Assembly: GCA_031414955.1 (NCBI GenBank)
Contig: JANOQV010000143.1
Coordinates: 1 to 39,664, forward strand
Reading direction: 5' to 3'
DNA length: 39,664 bases
Origin: Pedosphaera sp.
GTDB lineage: Bacteria; Verrucomicrobiota; Verrucomicrobiia; Limisphaerales; SIBH01
Both the position numbers and the translations under genes were made by a program. Within the stretch, counting starts at the first letter, position 1. Each line of letters begins with the position of its first letter. The notes under the pieces were generated by a model. That model saw nothing but the letters and a program-made list of their open reading frames with translations. It ran no database searches and was not told the origin of the DNA. Shown here piece by piece: positions 15,669 through 24,362 of this stretch.

Positions 15669-17473
15669 AGACCAAGACCTCCAATCTCACTTTGGTTGAC
15701 CTCGCCGCTCAGGCTACCCGCTTCCTCTTCTTCACCGGCAAGGGCGGCGTTGGGAAGACCTCGCTGGCCTGTGCGACATCACTGGCGCTGGCGGATGCCG
15801 GGCGGCGTGTGCTCTTGGTCAGCACCGACCCGGCCTCGAACCTCGACGAAGTGCTCGGACAGACCCTCGGCTCGACTCCGACCGCCATACCCGGAGCCAG
15901 TGGACTGTTCGCCCTGAACATCGACCCGGAAACCGCTGCGCGGGAATACCGGGAACGCTTGGTCGGCCCGCTCCGGGGCAAGCTTCCCGACGCTGCGCTT
16001 CGCAGCATGGAGGAGCAACTTTCTGGGGCTTGCACCTTGGAAATTGCCGCGTTCGACGAGTTCTCGAAACTGCTGGGCGACGCTGCGGTGACGACGGGGT
16101 TCGACCACGTTATCTTCGACACCGCGCCCACCGGTCACACGCTGCGGTTGCTGACGCTGCCGAAAGCGTGGACAGGATTTTTCCAAGCGAACACCACGGG
16201 CACGTCATGCCTTGGGCCGCTGGCCGGTTTGCAGAAGCAGCGGGCGCTCTACGAGGCGAGCGTTGCATCCTTGGCTGACGCCACGCGCACCACGCTCATT
16301 CTCGTCAGCCGGGCGCAGGTCGCCGCGCTGCGCGAGGCCGAGCGCACCTCCGGTGAACTCGCGGCGCTGGGGGTGCAGAATCAGCGGCTCATTTTGAACG
16401 GACGGTTCCGCGCTCAAACCATCGACGACCCGACAGCGATTGCATTGGAAGAGCGCGGCACGGCGGCGGTGCAGGAGATGAACGGCTTCTTGAGTCGGGC
16501 CAGCGTCATCGAAGTTCCGCTGCGTCCGCACAACATGATTGGGCTGGATGCGTTGCGTGCTCTGTTCCGCACCGACGACCCTGCCGTCGCTGTTCATGCA
16601 GATGAGAGCGAGCTTCCGAACTTGCCTGAACTCGATTCCCTCGTCGCGCTCGTGGACAAGCTCGCTGCGGCACAACATGGGGTCGTGATGACGATGGGCA
16701 AGGGTGGTGTCGGCAAGACGACCATTGCCGCCGCCATCGCCACGGAACTGGCGCGGCGCGGTTTCCCGGTTCACCTGAGCACAACCGACCCGGCGGCGCA
16801 CATCGCGGCGGCAGCGGGCGAACTTGCCGGACTGACGGTCACGCGCATCGACCCGATTGCGGAAACGCGAGCCTATGTCGAATACGTCATGGCCACGGCG
16901 GGCCGCGACCTCGATGCGGAGTCCCGCGCTCTGCTCGAAGAGGATTTGCGTTCGCCTTGCACCGAGGAAATCGCGGTGTTCCGCGCTTTCGCTCGCATCG
17001 TGGCCGAGGGCAAGGACGGCTTCGTGGTGCTCGACACCGCGCCGACCGGCCACACTCTGCTGTTGCTCGATGCGACGGAGGCGTATCACCGCGAAGTCGC
17101 CCGCCGCGCCAGCGACATGCCCGAAGAAGTCCGAGAGTTGCTGCCACGCCTGCGCGACCCTGACTTCACCCGCGTCCTCGTCGTGACGCTCCCGGAGGCC
17201 ACGCCAGTTCACGAAGCCGCCGCGTTGCAGGAAGACCTGCGCCGTGCGGGTATCGAACCCTTCGCGTGGGTCATCAATCAGAGCTTTGCCGAATGCGGTT
17301 CAACTGACCCGCTGTTGCGTCAGCGGGCACGCAATGAAGCGCCGTTCATCCGTGAGGTTGCTGACGGGCTTTCCCGCCGCACGGCGATTGTTCCGTGGGT
17401 CACCGAAGAACCGGTCGGCCCGGAGCGGTTGCAGCAACTTTTCCAAACCAACACTCAACCCGTAAATCTATGA
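15665..17473 (+). CDS. arsA: Arsenical pump-driving ATPase
   Basis: Two GKGGVGKT and two DTAPTGH motifs. Metalloid Cys residues in GACT, SCLG and SPCT. Confidence 0.96.
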   Translation: MKTKTSNLTLVDLAAQATRFLFFTGKGGVGKTSLACATSLALADAGRRVLLVSTDPASNLDEVLGQTLGSTPTAIPGASGLFALNIDPETAAREYRERLVGPLRGKLPDAALRSMEEQLSGACTLEIAAFDEFSKLLGDAAVTTGFDHVIFDTAPTGHTLRLLTLPKAWTGFFQANTTGTSCLGPLAGLQKQRALYEASVASLADATRTTLILVSRAQVAALREAERTSGELAALGVQNQRLILNGRFRAQTIDDPTAIALEERGTAAVQEMNGFLSRASVIEVPLRPHNMIGLDALRALFRTDDPAVAVHADESELPNLPELDSLVALVDKLAAAQHGVVMTMGKGGVGKTTIAAAIATELARRGFPVHLSTTDPAAHIAAAAGELAGLTVTRIDPIAETRAYVEYVMATAGRDLDAESRALLEEDLRSPCTEEIAVFRAFARIVAEGKDGFVVLDTAPTGHTLLLLDATEAYHREVARRASDMPEEVRELLPRLRDPDFTRVLVVTLPEATPVHEAAALQEDLRRAGIEPFAWVINQSFAECGSTDPLLRQRARNEAPFIREVADGLSRRTAIVPWVTEEPVGPERLQQLFQTNTQPVNL

Positions 17474-17685
17474 CCACCTACGTTTACGAAACCATCCCGA
17501 CCAAGCCCGGCGAGAAGCCGCGCTATTTTGAAATCAAGCAGAGCATCAAGGATGCGACGCTCACCAAACACCCGGAGACGGACGAACCGATTCGCCGCGT
17601 GGTGCTCGGCGGCTTGGGCGTGCTCAAGAAGGAAGGCGCGGGCGATTCCGGCTCGTGCGGGTGCGGCCCCTCCGGCTGCTGCTGA
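17470..17685 (+). CDS. FmdB-like small protein with a Cys-rich tail
   Basis: MTTYVYE...FEIKQSIKD..LTKHPET..PIRRV follows the FmdB layout without the CxxC pairs. Tail is CGCGPSGCC. Confidence 0.7.
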   Translation: MTTYVYETIPTKPGEKPRYFEIKQSIKDATLTKHPETDEPIRRVVLGGLGVLKKEGAGDSGSCGCGPSGCC

Positions 17686-17714
17686 ACACGTCTACCATTT
17701 CAACGAACCCAACC

Positions 17715-18170
17715 ATGACAACAAACACGAAACCCACTGTCCTGATTCTTTGCACCGGCAACTCCTGCCGCAGTCATCTCGCCGAGGGACTGCTCCGCGC
17801 CGCCGCCGGTGACACACTCAACGTCCAGAGCGCAGGCTCGAAGCCTGCCGGTTACGTCCACCCGCTCGCCATCAAGGCGATGGCCGAGGTCGGCATCGAC
17901 ATCTCACAGCACCGTTCAAAGTCGATGAACGAATTTCTCAGCGAGCAGGTCGAGACGGTCATCACCGTCTGCGGCAACGCAGACCAAGCGTGCCCGATGT
18001 TCCCCGGTCAGGTGAACCGCCATCACTGGCCGTTTCTTGACCCCGCCCACGCGGTCGGCACAGAGGACGAGCAACTCCAAGTGTTCCGACAAGTCCGCGA
18101 GGAAATCCGCCGGGTCTTCGGTGCCTACGCCGATGGTCGCCGCGACGTTTTGAAAACCATTACGAAGTAA
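17715..18170 (+). CDS. arsC: Arsenate reductase, LMW-PTP/thioredoxin type
   Basis: CTGNSCRS, VITVC...CP and HW.F.DP motifs. Confidence 0.92.
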   Translation: MTTNTKPTVLILCTGNSCRSHLAEGLLRAAAGDTLNVQSAGSKPAGYVHPLAIKAMAEVGIDISQHRSKSMNEFLSEQVETVITVCGNADQACPMFPGQVNRHHWPFLDPAHAVGTEDEQLQVFRQVREEIRRVFGAYADGRRDVLKTITK

Positions 18171-18179
18171 GGAGCACCA

Positions 18180-18971
18180 ATGAAGACCATCGAACAAGAC
18201 CAAGTGCGGGCCAGCGTCCGTGAACGCTACGGAGCCGTGGCCAAGGCTGGCGCGGGCGCGGGCTGCGCCCCGGCGGGCGGTTGCTGCTCATCGACCGTGA
18301 CCGCGACCGATGCCACGCGCCTCGGCTACTCTGCTGCTGACGCGCAAGCTGTGCCCGAAGGCGCGGATATGGGGCTGGGCTGCGGCAACCCCATCGCCAT
18401 CGCGTCCATCCAGCCCGGTGAAGCCGTGCTCGACTTGGGCAGCGGCGGCGGGTTCGACGCCTTCCTCGCCGCGCCTCGTGTCGGCCCGACCGGCAGGGTC
18501 ATCGGTGTGGACATGACACCGGAGATGATTTCCAAGGCGCGTGCGAACGCGGCCAAGGGCGGCTTCACCAACGTCGAGTTCCGGCTCGGCGAGATTGAGC
18601 ACCTGCCGCTCGCGGATGAGTCCGTTGACATCATCATCTCCAACTGCGTCATCAATCTGTCGCCCGACAAGCCGCAGGTCTTCCGCGAAGCGTTGCGCGT
18701 GTTGAAGTCCGGCGGACGGCTGGCCATCTCCGATGTCGTCGCCACGGCGGTCATGCCGGAGGCGTTGCGTAAAGACTTGGCCGCTTACACCGGCTGTGTC
18801 GCGGGGGCCGCGCTCGTGGATGACCTGCAAGCGATGCTCACCGGCGCGGGCTTCACCAACGTCCGCATCCAGCCGAAGGACACGAGCCGTGAGTTCATCC
18901 GCGAGTGGATGCCCGGCAGCAGCGCCTCGGACTACGTGGTGTCCGCCGTCATCGAAGCGACGAAGCCATGA
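18180..18971 (+). CDS. arsM: Arsenite S-adenosylmethionine methyltransferase
   Basis: LGCGNP, LDLGSGGG, ISNCVINL and YTGCVAGA motifs. Confidence 0.93.
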   Translation: MKTIEQDQVRASVRERYGAVAKAGAGAGCAPAGGCCSSTVTATDATRLGYSAADAQAVPEGADMGLGCGNPIAIASIQPGEAVLDLGSGGGFDAFLAAPRVGPTGRVIGVDMTPEMISKARANAAKGGFTNVEFRLGEIEHLPLADESVDIIISNCVINLSPDKPQVFREALRVLKSGGRLAISDVVATAVMPEALRKDLAAYTGCVAGAALVDDLQAMLTGAGFTNVRIQPKDTSREFIREWMPGSSASDYVVSAVIEATKP

Positions 18972-19762
18972 AGAAGTGCTGGGCCGAAGTGTTCGGCACC
19001 TTCGCGCTCGTCTTCGCGGGCACCGGAGCCATCGTCATCAACCAAGTCAGCGGCGGCGCAATCACCCATGTTGGCGTGGCGCTCACCTTCGGCTTGGTCG
19101 TGCTCGCGATGATTTACACCGTGGGCGAAATCTCCGGCGCACACCTGAATCCCGCCGTGACGCTCGGCTTCTGGGCCGCACGACGACTGCCGGGAAAATC
19201 CGTTCCGCCCTATCTTCTCAGCCAAAGCGTCGGGGCGCTGCTGGCGAGCGTGACGCTCAGGCTCCTGTTCCCGGACAACGCGCTGCTCGGCGGGACTCAG
19301 CCCGCAGGGCCGGTCTATCAGTCGTTCGTTTTGGAGTTCATCCTCACCGCGTTACTGATGTTCGTCATCCTGAACGTGTCCACCGGCGCAAAGGAGAAAG
19401 GCATCACGGCGGGCATCGCCGTGGGTGCTGTCATCGCGCTCGAAGCAATGTTCGCCGGGCCGATTTGCGGTGCGTCCATGAATCCGGCCCGGTCATTGGC
19501 TCCCGCAATCGTGTCCGGCCACTTGGAAAACATCTGGGTGTATCTGGCCGCACCGCTGCTGGGAGCCGGGGCCGCAGTGCTGTCCTGCCGCTGCGTGCAG
19601 GAGCAGGGCTGTTGCAGTGCGGCGCGGTTACACCACGTTTCGCCCTCCGCGTCGTCGCTATCAACTATCGGCGCGGCGTGGCTTGCTGCTTCAAGTTCGC
19701 CAACCCTGCGGCCATGTCGCCGCCCATCAGTTTATCGAGGACGAGTCCGGCCCATCGCTTGA
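18968..19762 (+). CDS. MIP/aquaporin-family channel, probable As(III) conduit
   Basis: SGAHLNPAVT and GASMNPARS. ATGA overlap with arsM. Confidence 0.9.
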   Translation: MKKCWAEVFGTFALVFAGTGAIVINQVSGGAITHVGVALTFGLVVLAMIYTVGEISGAHLNPAVTLGFWAARRLPGKSVPPYLLSQSVGALLASVTLRLLFPDNALLGGTQPAGPVYQSFVLEFILTALLMFVILNVSTGAKEKGITAGIAVGAVIALEAMFAGPICGASMNPARSLAPAIVSGHLENIWVYLAAPLLGAGAAVLSCRCVQEQGCCSAARLHHVSPSASSLSTIGAAWLAASSSPTLRPCRRPSVYRGRVRPIA

Positions 19763-20201
19763 ACGGGTTCGCGCCCATGTCCGTCTCGATGACCCACGTC
19801 ACTTTCATTCCGTCAGTCGCCGTGTCGAACGTGATGCTGCCGTGAAAGAGTTGCTTCCCATGCTCGAAGTCGAGGTCATACCAGATGCCTTGTGCTGGCT
19901 CGGCGCGGGTGATGGTCACAGCGCCGTTCCCGCTGCTCTTGCCTTCGGCCATCATCACCGCGCCGACGCCGGAAGGTGCGCCGGAAAATTTCGTCTGCAT
20001 GTCCGGGAAACGGTTGGTCGTCCACGCCGTCCATTCGGGCCAGCGCGTGAGCGTGGCCACTCGCGGAAAGACGGCGGCGGATGTCGCTTGCATGTTTAAG
20101 CTGCGCTCAACGCGGGCGCGTGACGGCAGAAAGAAGCCGACCACCACAAGCAGGACGACGAGCGCGAGCAGACCGAGCAGCAACTTCTTCCAGAGCTTCA
20201 T
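19665..20201 (-). CDS. SRPBCC (START-like) family protein with an N-terminal membrane anchor
   Basis: LPSRARVERS, WPEWTAW and MGGDMAAGLANLK motifs. Confidence 0.8.
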   Translation of the reverse strand: MKLWKKLLLGLLALVVLLVVVGFFLPSRARVERSLNMQATSAAVFPRVATLTRWPEWTAWTTNRFPDMQTKFSGAPSGVGAVMMAEGKSSGNGAVTITRAEPAQGIWYDLDFEHGKQLFHGSITFDTATDGMKVTWVIETDMGANPFKRWAGLVLDKLMGGDMAAGLANLKQQATPRR

Positions 20202-20264
20202 GCGCGGAGCCTAGTTCAACGCCGCGAGCGTGACGAGCGCCGGGCGGGATGTTACTCACTGCTG

Positions 20265-20768
20265 GTGGACAACACTCGAATCGAAACCGGCGCACGCGGC
20301 GGAACGTGGACATCCCTCCGGCGCTTCATCGCGATGCTCCTGTTCACCGTTTGGTTTGGCGGCTTCACCTTCTACGCGCTGGTGGTTGTGCCGACCGGAC
20401 ATCACGTCCTAAGAAGCAAGGTGAGGCAAGGATTCATCACGCAGCAGGTGACCAACAAGCTCAACGTGCTCGGCGGCGTCACCCTCGCCGCGCTTGCATG
20501 GCAGGTCATCGCCGTGCGTCGTGCGAAATCCCAACGCTGGTTTCGCGTCGCCACGATTTCATGGGCGGCGCTGGCCGTGACGCTGGTGGTGTTGTTCTGG
20601 TTGCACCCGCATCTGGACGCGCTGCTCGACCTCGTGGCCCGGAGCGTGATGGATGACGACAAGTTCTACTCCTTGCACCGTTGGTATCTCATCGTGGCCA
20701 CGGTGCAGTGGTTGGCCGGGATGATTCACGCCGCAACGCTGCTGACGGAAAGCCCGTCGCAATCCTGA
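20265..20768 (+). CDS. Four-TM membrane protein (DUF4149-like)
   Basis: VWFGGFTFYALVVVP...FYSLHRWY and four hydrophobic segments. Confidence 0.7.
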   Translation: MDNTRIETGARGGTWTSLRRFIAMLLFTVWFGGFTFYALVVVPTGHHVLRSKVRQGFITQQVTNKLNVLGGVTLAALAWQVIAVRRAKSQRWFRVATISWAALAVTLVVLFWLHPHLDALLDLVARSVMDDDKFYSLHRWYLIVATVQWLAGMIHAATLLTESPSQS

Positions 20769-20806
20769 TGCACAAGCAGGGTGAGCCTGATTAACGTCTG
20801 AGCGCC

Positions 20807-22027
20807 ATGAACGACCGGCGCTCTGTCACCGATTTCCTCGCGCTGCGACGCAACACCGTGTTGTTGCTCGTGGTGCTCGTCCTCGCCGGAACCGGTGAGC
20901 GCCTCTGGCTCGGCTTCGCGCCCAAGTATCTCGAAACCCTCGGTGCGGGCGTGCTCATCATCGGCCTGTTCGATGCGCTGCAAACCTTCCTCGGCGCGGT
21001 CTATGCGTATCCGGGCGGCTGGCTTACTGACCGCTGGGGGCAGCGCCGGTCGCTGCTTCTCTTCAACGCTCTCACGCTCGCGGGCTACATCCTCGTGCTG
21101 GTCTGGCACCACTGGCTCGCGCTGGTCGTGGGCGCGTTTCTCTTCCTCGCGTGGAGCGCCTTGTCGCTGCCCGCGACGTTCAGTGTCGTGGCGTCATCGC
21201 TGGACAAGCGCCAGCACACGATGGGGATTGGCGTGCAGTCGATGGTGCGCCGGGTGCCCATGATGGTCGGCCCGCTCGTGGGGGGCTGGCTCATCACGCG
21301 CTTCGGCTGGGAGCAAGGTGTCCGCTACGCGCTGCTCGGCTGCATCACGCTCAGTGCGGCCACGGCGGTCTTCCAGTGGTTCATGGCGGAGCCAGCGGCG
21401 GAGGCCATGACCAACGCCCCAAAGTCGAACGTGAACTTCCTCGGCGTGGTGAAGGCGTTCAACCCGACGCTGCGCGAGTTGCTGGTCAGCGACATCCTCA
21501 TTCGCTTCTGCGAGCGGCTGCCCTACGCCTTCGTCATCCTGTGGGCCATGAACCACGGCGGCGTGAGCGCCAAGGAGTTCGGCTGGCTTGTGTCCATCGA
21601 GATGGTGACCGCGATGGTCTGCTACATCCCGGTCGCGCATCTGGCTGACAAATACGGTCAGCGCCCGTTCGTGCTCGCGACCTTCGTGTTCTTCACGCTC
21701 TTCCCGCTGACGCTGCTCTGGGCGGACAACTTCGTGTGGCTCGCCGTGGCCTTCGCGGTGCGCGGCTTGAAGGAGTTCGGTGAACCCTCCCGTAAGGCGC
21801 TCATCATCGCGCAGGCACCGCCTGACCTTCGTGCCCGCACCTACGGCGCTTATTACCTCATTCGCGACTGCGTGGTGACCACGGGTTCGTTCCTTGGCGC
21901 GTGGCTGTGGAGCATCAGCCCGCAGGTGAACTTCATCGGCGCGGCGGTCTGCGGCGCACTGGGCACGGTCTGGTTTTGGTGGTTCGTCTTCCGGCGCACC
22001 GCCGCGCCCCAAGCGCGTTCGACTTGA
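20807..22027 (+). CDS. MFS transporter
   Basis: About 12 hydrophobic segments. GWLTDRWGQRR and HLADKYGQRP loops. Confidence 0.9.
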   Translation: MNDRRSVTDFLALRRNTVLLLVVLVLAGTGERLWLGFAPKYLETLGAGVLIIGLFDALQTFLGAVYAYPGGWLTDRWGQRRSLLLFNALTLAGYILVLVWHHWLALVVGAFLFLAWSALSLPATFSVVASSLDKRQHTMGIGVQSMVRRVPMMVGPLVGGWLITRFGWEQGVRYALLGCITLSAATAVFQWFMAEPAAEAMTNAPKSNVNFLGVVKAFNPTLRELLVSDILIRFCERLPYAFVILWAMNHGGVSAKEFGWLVSIEMVTAMVCYIPVAHLADKYGQRPFVLATFVFFTLFPLTLLWADNFVWLAVAFAVRGLKEFGEPSRKALIIAQAPPDLRARTYGAYYLIRDCVVTTGSFLGAWLWSISPQVNFIGAAVCGALGTVWFWWFVFRRTAAPQARST

Positions 22028-22053
22028 GGGAGTCATCTGTATACATTCCCACC

Positions 22054-22785
22054 GTGCGCGAGCATGAGCCTTTGAAGTTTAGCTACCGGGTGCCGCAAGG
22101 GCCGGAGGGCGAGGTCGTCGAGTTGACCGCCGCCGAGATGGAGCAACTGCTGTTGAAACGCCTTGAATCGGCGACGGAAAATCCCGCGCAGGCGATGTGG
22201 GAACTGGCCCAATTCTACAAGACTGGCGACCAACTCGACCGCGCCAGCAAGGTCTTCCACGAGTTGCTGGGCCGTGTGGATGACCTTGAAATCAAAGCCC
22301 AAATCATCTTCTCACTCGAACAGACGGCGGAAAAGTCCCACGACTTTGACCTGGCCGTGCGCTTCTACCGCGAGGCGCTCTGCATGGAACCGTGCAGCCC
22401 GTTCACTTGGTATTTCATCCACAACAACCTTGGCTACTCCCTCAACCAGTTGGGACGGTTTGTGGAAGGGGAGCGTGTCTGCCGACAGGCCATCGCCATC
22501 AGCACGCAGCCGTCAAACGCGCACAAGAATCTCGGCCTCGCGCTCGTGGGACAGGGCCGTTACCGGGAAGCCGCCGAGTCATTCATAGCCGCCACGCAGG
22601 CCGATGCGGCTGACCCGCGTTCCCTCCGCCATCTCGAAGCATTGTTGACCGAGCACCCGGAGCTTGAGTTTGACTTCGCCGGGGCGCTGGACGCTTGCCG
22701 AAATGCCGTGGCTGTGGCCGGAGAAGCCGTCGAAAGGGCGAGGGCACAATGGACAGCCGCCGCCCGGCAGAAGCAGCAGGCATAG
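22054..22785 (+). CDS. Tetratricopeptide repeat protein (start uncertain: GTG 22054 or ATG 22138)
   Basis: HNNLGYSLNQLGRF and HKNLGLALVGQGRY repeats. Confidence 0.8.
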   Translation: MREHEPLKFSYRVPQGPEGEVVELTAAEMEQLLLKRLESATENPAQAMWELAQFYKTGDQLDRASKVFHELLGRVDDLEIKAQIIFSLEQTAEKSHDFDLAVRFYREALCMEPCSPFTWYFIHNNLGYSLNQLGRFVEGERVCRQAIAISTQPSNAHKNLGLALVGQGRYREAAESFIAATQADAADPRSLRHLEALLTEHPELEFDFAGALDACRNAVAVAGEAVERARAQWTAAARQKQQA

Positions 22786-22802
22786 GCGCATTCGAGGTCA
22801 CG

Positions 22803-23741
22803 ATGCAGGAAGCAGCACCATCCACTTCGGATACCTTGAACCGTGGTGTGCAACTGCGCCTCTTCCCCGCACCGAAGCCGCTGGTCGAGCGGCTCGGCGT
22901 GGACTTCTTCCGGCGCGTGCCTGATGCCCCCGGCGTCTACCTGATGGCTGACGAGTTCGAGCGGCTGCTCTATGTCGGCAAGGCCAAGAGCTTGCGGGCA
23001 CGGCTCAACTCTTACCGGCACGTCCAAACGGAACGCGCCTCGCGCAAACTGGTGCGACTCATCCACGCCGTCCGGTCGGTGGTCTGGGAAGCCTGCGCTT
23101 GTCCGAACACTGCGCTTTTGCGCGAGAACGAACTGCTTCGTCTACACAAACCGAAGTTCAACGTGATGAACACGCGCCCGGAGCATTACCTGTTCATCGG
23201 TGTCCGTAATTCTGTAGACGAAATTCGTCTACGACTGACCAAGCAGCCTGCGTCACTACCCGGTGAAACTTTGCACGGCGCGTTCAAATCGTTGGGCCGG
23301 GTGCGTGCTGGCTTCTCCGCGCTGCTGCGTCTGCTGTGGGCCACGGAGCACCTTCCTGTTTCGGTCTACAGTTTTCCGATGCCGCTCGTCGCTGAACGCT
23401 GCCCGGACGAGTTCATCATTCGGATGCTCCGGTCGAATGCCGGGCACTTTGCCGACCTGCTGCGGCGGATGCTGGATGGTCGTGACGATGACATCATCCA
23501 GCAGTTCGAGAGCGCCCCGACAGCAGCGAGCGGCGTCGCGCTGTGCCTGCAACGATTCCTGGAAACTGATGTCGCGGCATTGAAGCTCTTCCACCAATTC
23601 GGCCCGGCCCGTAACCGGAGTCTGCGTGATGTCTTCGTCTACGAGAACACCGTCATCGGGCAGGATGAACTAGATGACCTGTTGGTGCTGATGCCACGAA
23701 CTTCCTCCGTGAACCAACCAACCAGTGCCGGAGCCTCGTAG
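22803..23741 (+). CDS. UvrC/Cho-like GIY-YIG endonuclease
   Basis: PDAPGVYLM...LLYVGKAKSLRARLNSY...ALLRE...KPKFN. Confidence 0.85.
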   Translation: MQEAAPSTSDTLNRGVQLRLFPAPKPLVERLGVDFFRRVPDAPGVYLMADEFERLLYVGKAKSLRARLNSYRHVQTERASRKLVRLIHAVRSVVWEACACPNTALLRENELLRLHKPKFNVMNTRPEHYLFIGVRNSVDEIRLRLTKQPASLPGETLHGAFKSLGRVRAGFSALLRLLWATEHLPVSVYSFPMPLVAERCPDEFIIRMLRSNAGHFADLLRRMLDGRDDDIIQQFESAPTAASGVALCLQRFLETDVAALKLFHQFGPARNRSLRDVFVYENTVIGQDELDDLLVLMPRTSSVNQPTSAGAS

Positions 23742-23765
23742 CCGAGCAGTCGGCTCCAACCTGAG

Positions 23766-23813
23766 TGTTACAAAACCTCGGAACTTGTGAACATCTACCG
23801 AGGTTTCGTAACA
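23766..23813. repeat. 16-bp inverted repeat (1 mismatch, 16-nt spacer) between convergent genes
   Basis: TGTTACAAAACCTCGG ... CCGAGGTTTCGTAACA. Confidence 0.8.
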
Positions 23814-23843
23814 GCACCGTGCTTCGCCGTCTGTAAAACCGCG

Positions 23844-24353
23844 TCACTCCGCATCGGCTTGTTCATCAGGCTGATAGTCAGGCGTTCGCACCGTGTCGTA
23901 GCCGCCGCCCGACCTGCGACAGATAGCGCCAACCTCACCAGCCCGCCAGTTGAAGGCCGCACTGATGCGGTCACCGGTCAAGCGCAGCGCCGGAGGCTCG
24001 CGGTCAACCGGGATACCGTTCCGGTCGAGCAGGGTGCGGATGCGTCGTGCGGCAGGGCGGTAGTCGGTCGGTAATTCGGAAGTGCCCCGCAGCAGCGACA
24101 CGTTCCACAGATGAGCACACCAAATTTTTTCCACGCGCACGACCGCGAAGCCTGCGGCGGTAAAAATTTCCATCAACCGAAAGTGTTCAGGGAACGCGGA
24201 GCACCATTCATCAATGCAGCCCTTGGTGTCACATGTCTCGTCCGGGTCGGTCAGGTCGGGCGTCCAGTCGATGGATGGGTCGAGGTAGTCGTGCAACGTC
24301 GCAGCGCGTCCAGACGAGGCCAGCGCAACACACTTCGATAGGCGGTTTTTCAT
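23844..24353 (-). CDS. Hypothetical protein directly downstream of the integrase, paralogue of 3674..4021
   Basis: ATG 9 bp after the integrase stop. Shared motifs with 3674..4021. Confidence 0.7.
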   Translation of the reverse strand: MKNRLSKCVALASSGRAATLHDYLDPSIDWTPDLTDPDETCDTKGCIDEWCSAFPEHFRLMEIFTAAGFAVVRVEKIWCAHLWNVSLLRGTSELPTDYRPAARRIRTLLDRNGIPVDREPPALRLTGDRISAAFNWRAGEVGAICRRSGGGYDTVRTPDYQPDEQADAE

Positions 24354-24362
24354 GGCACTCTT

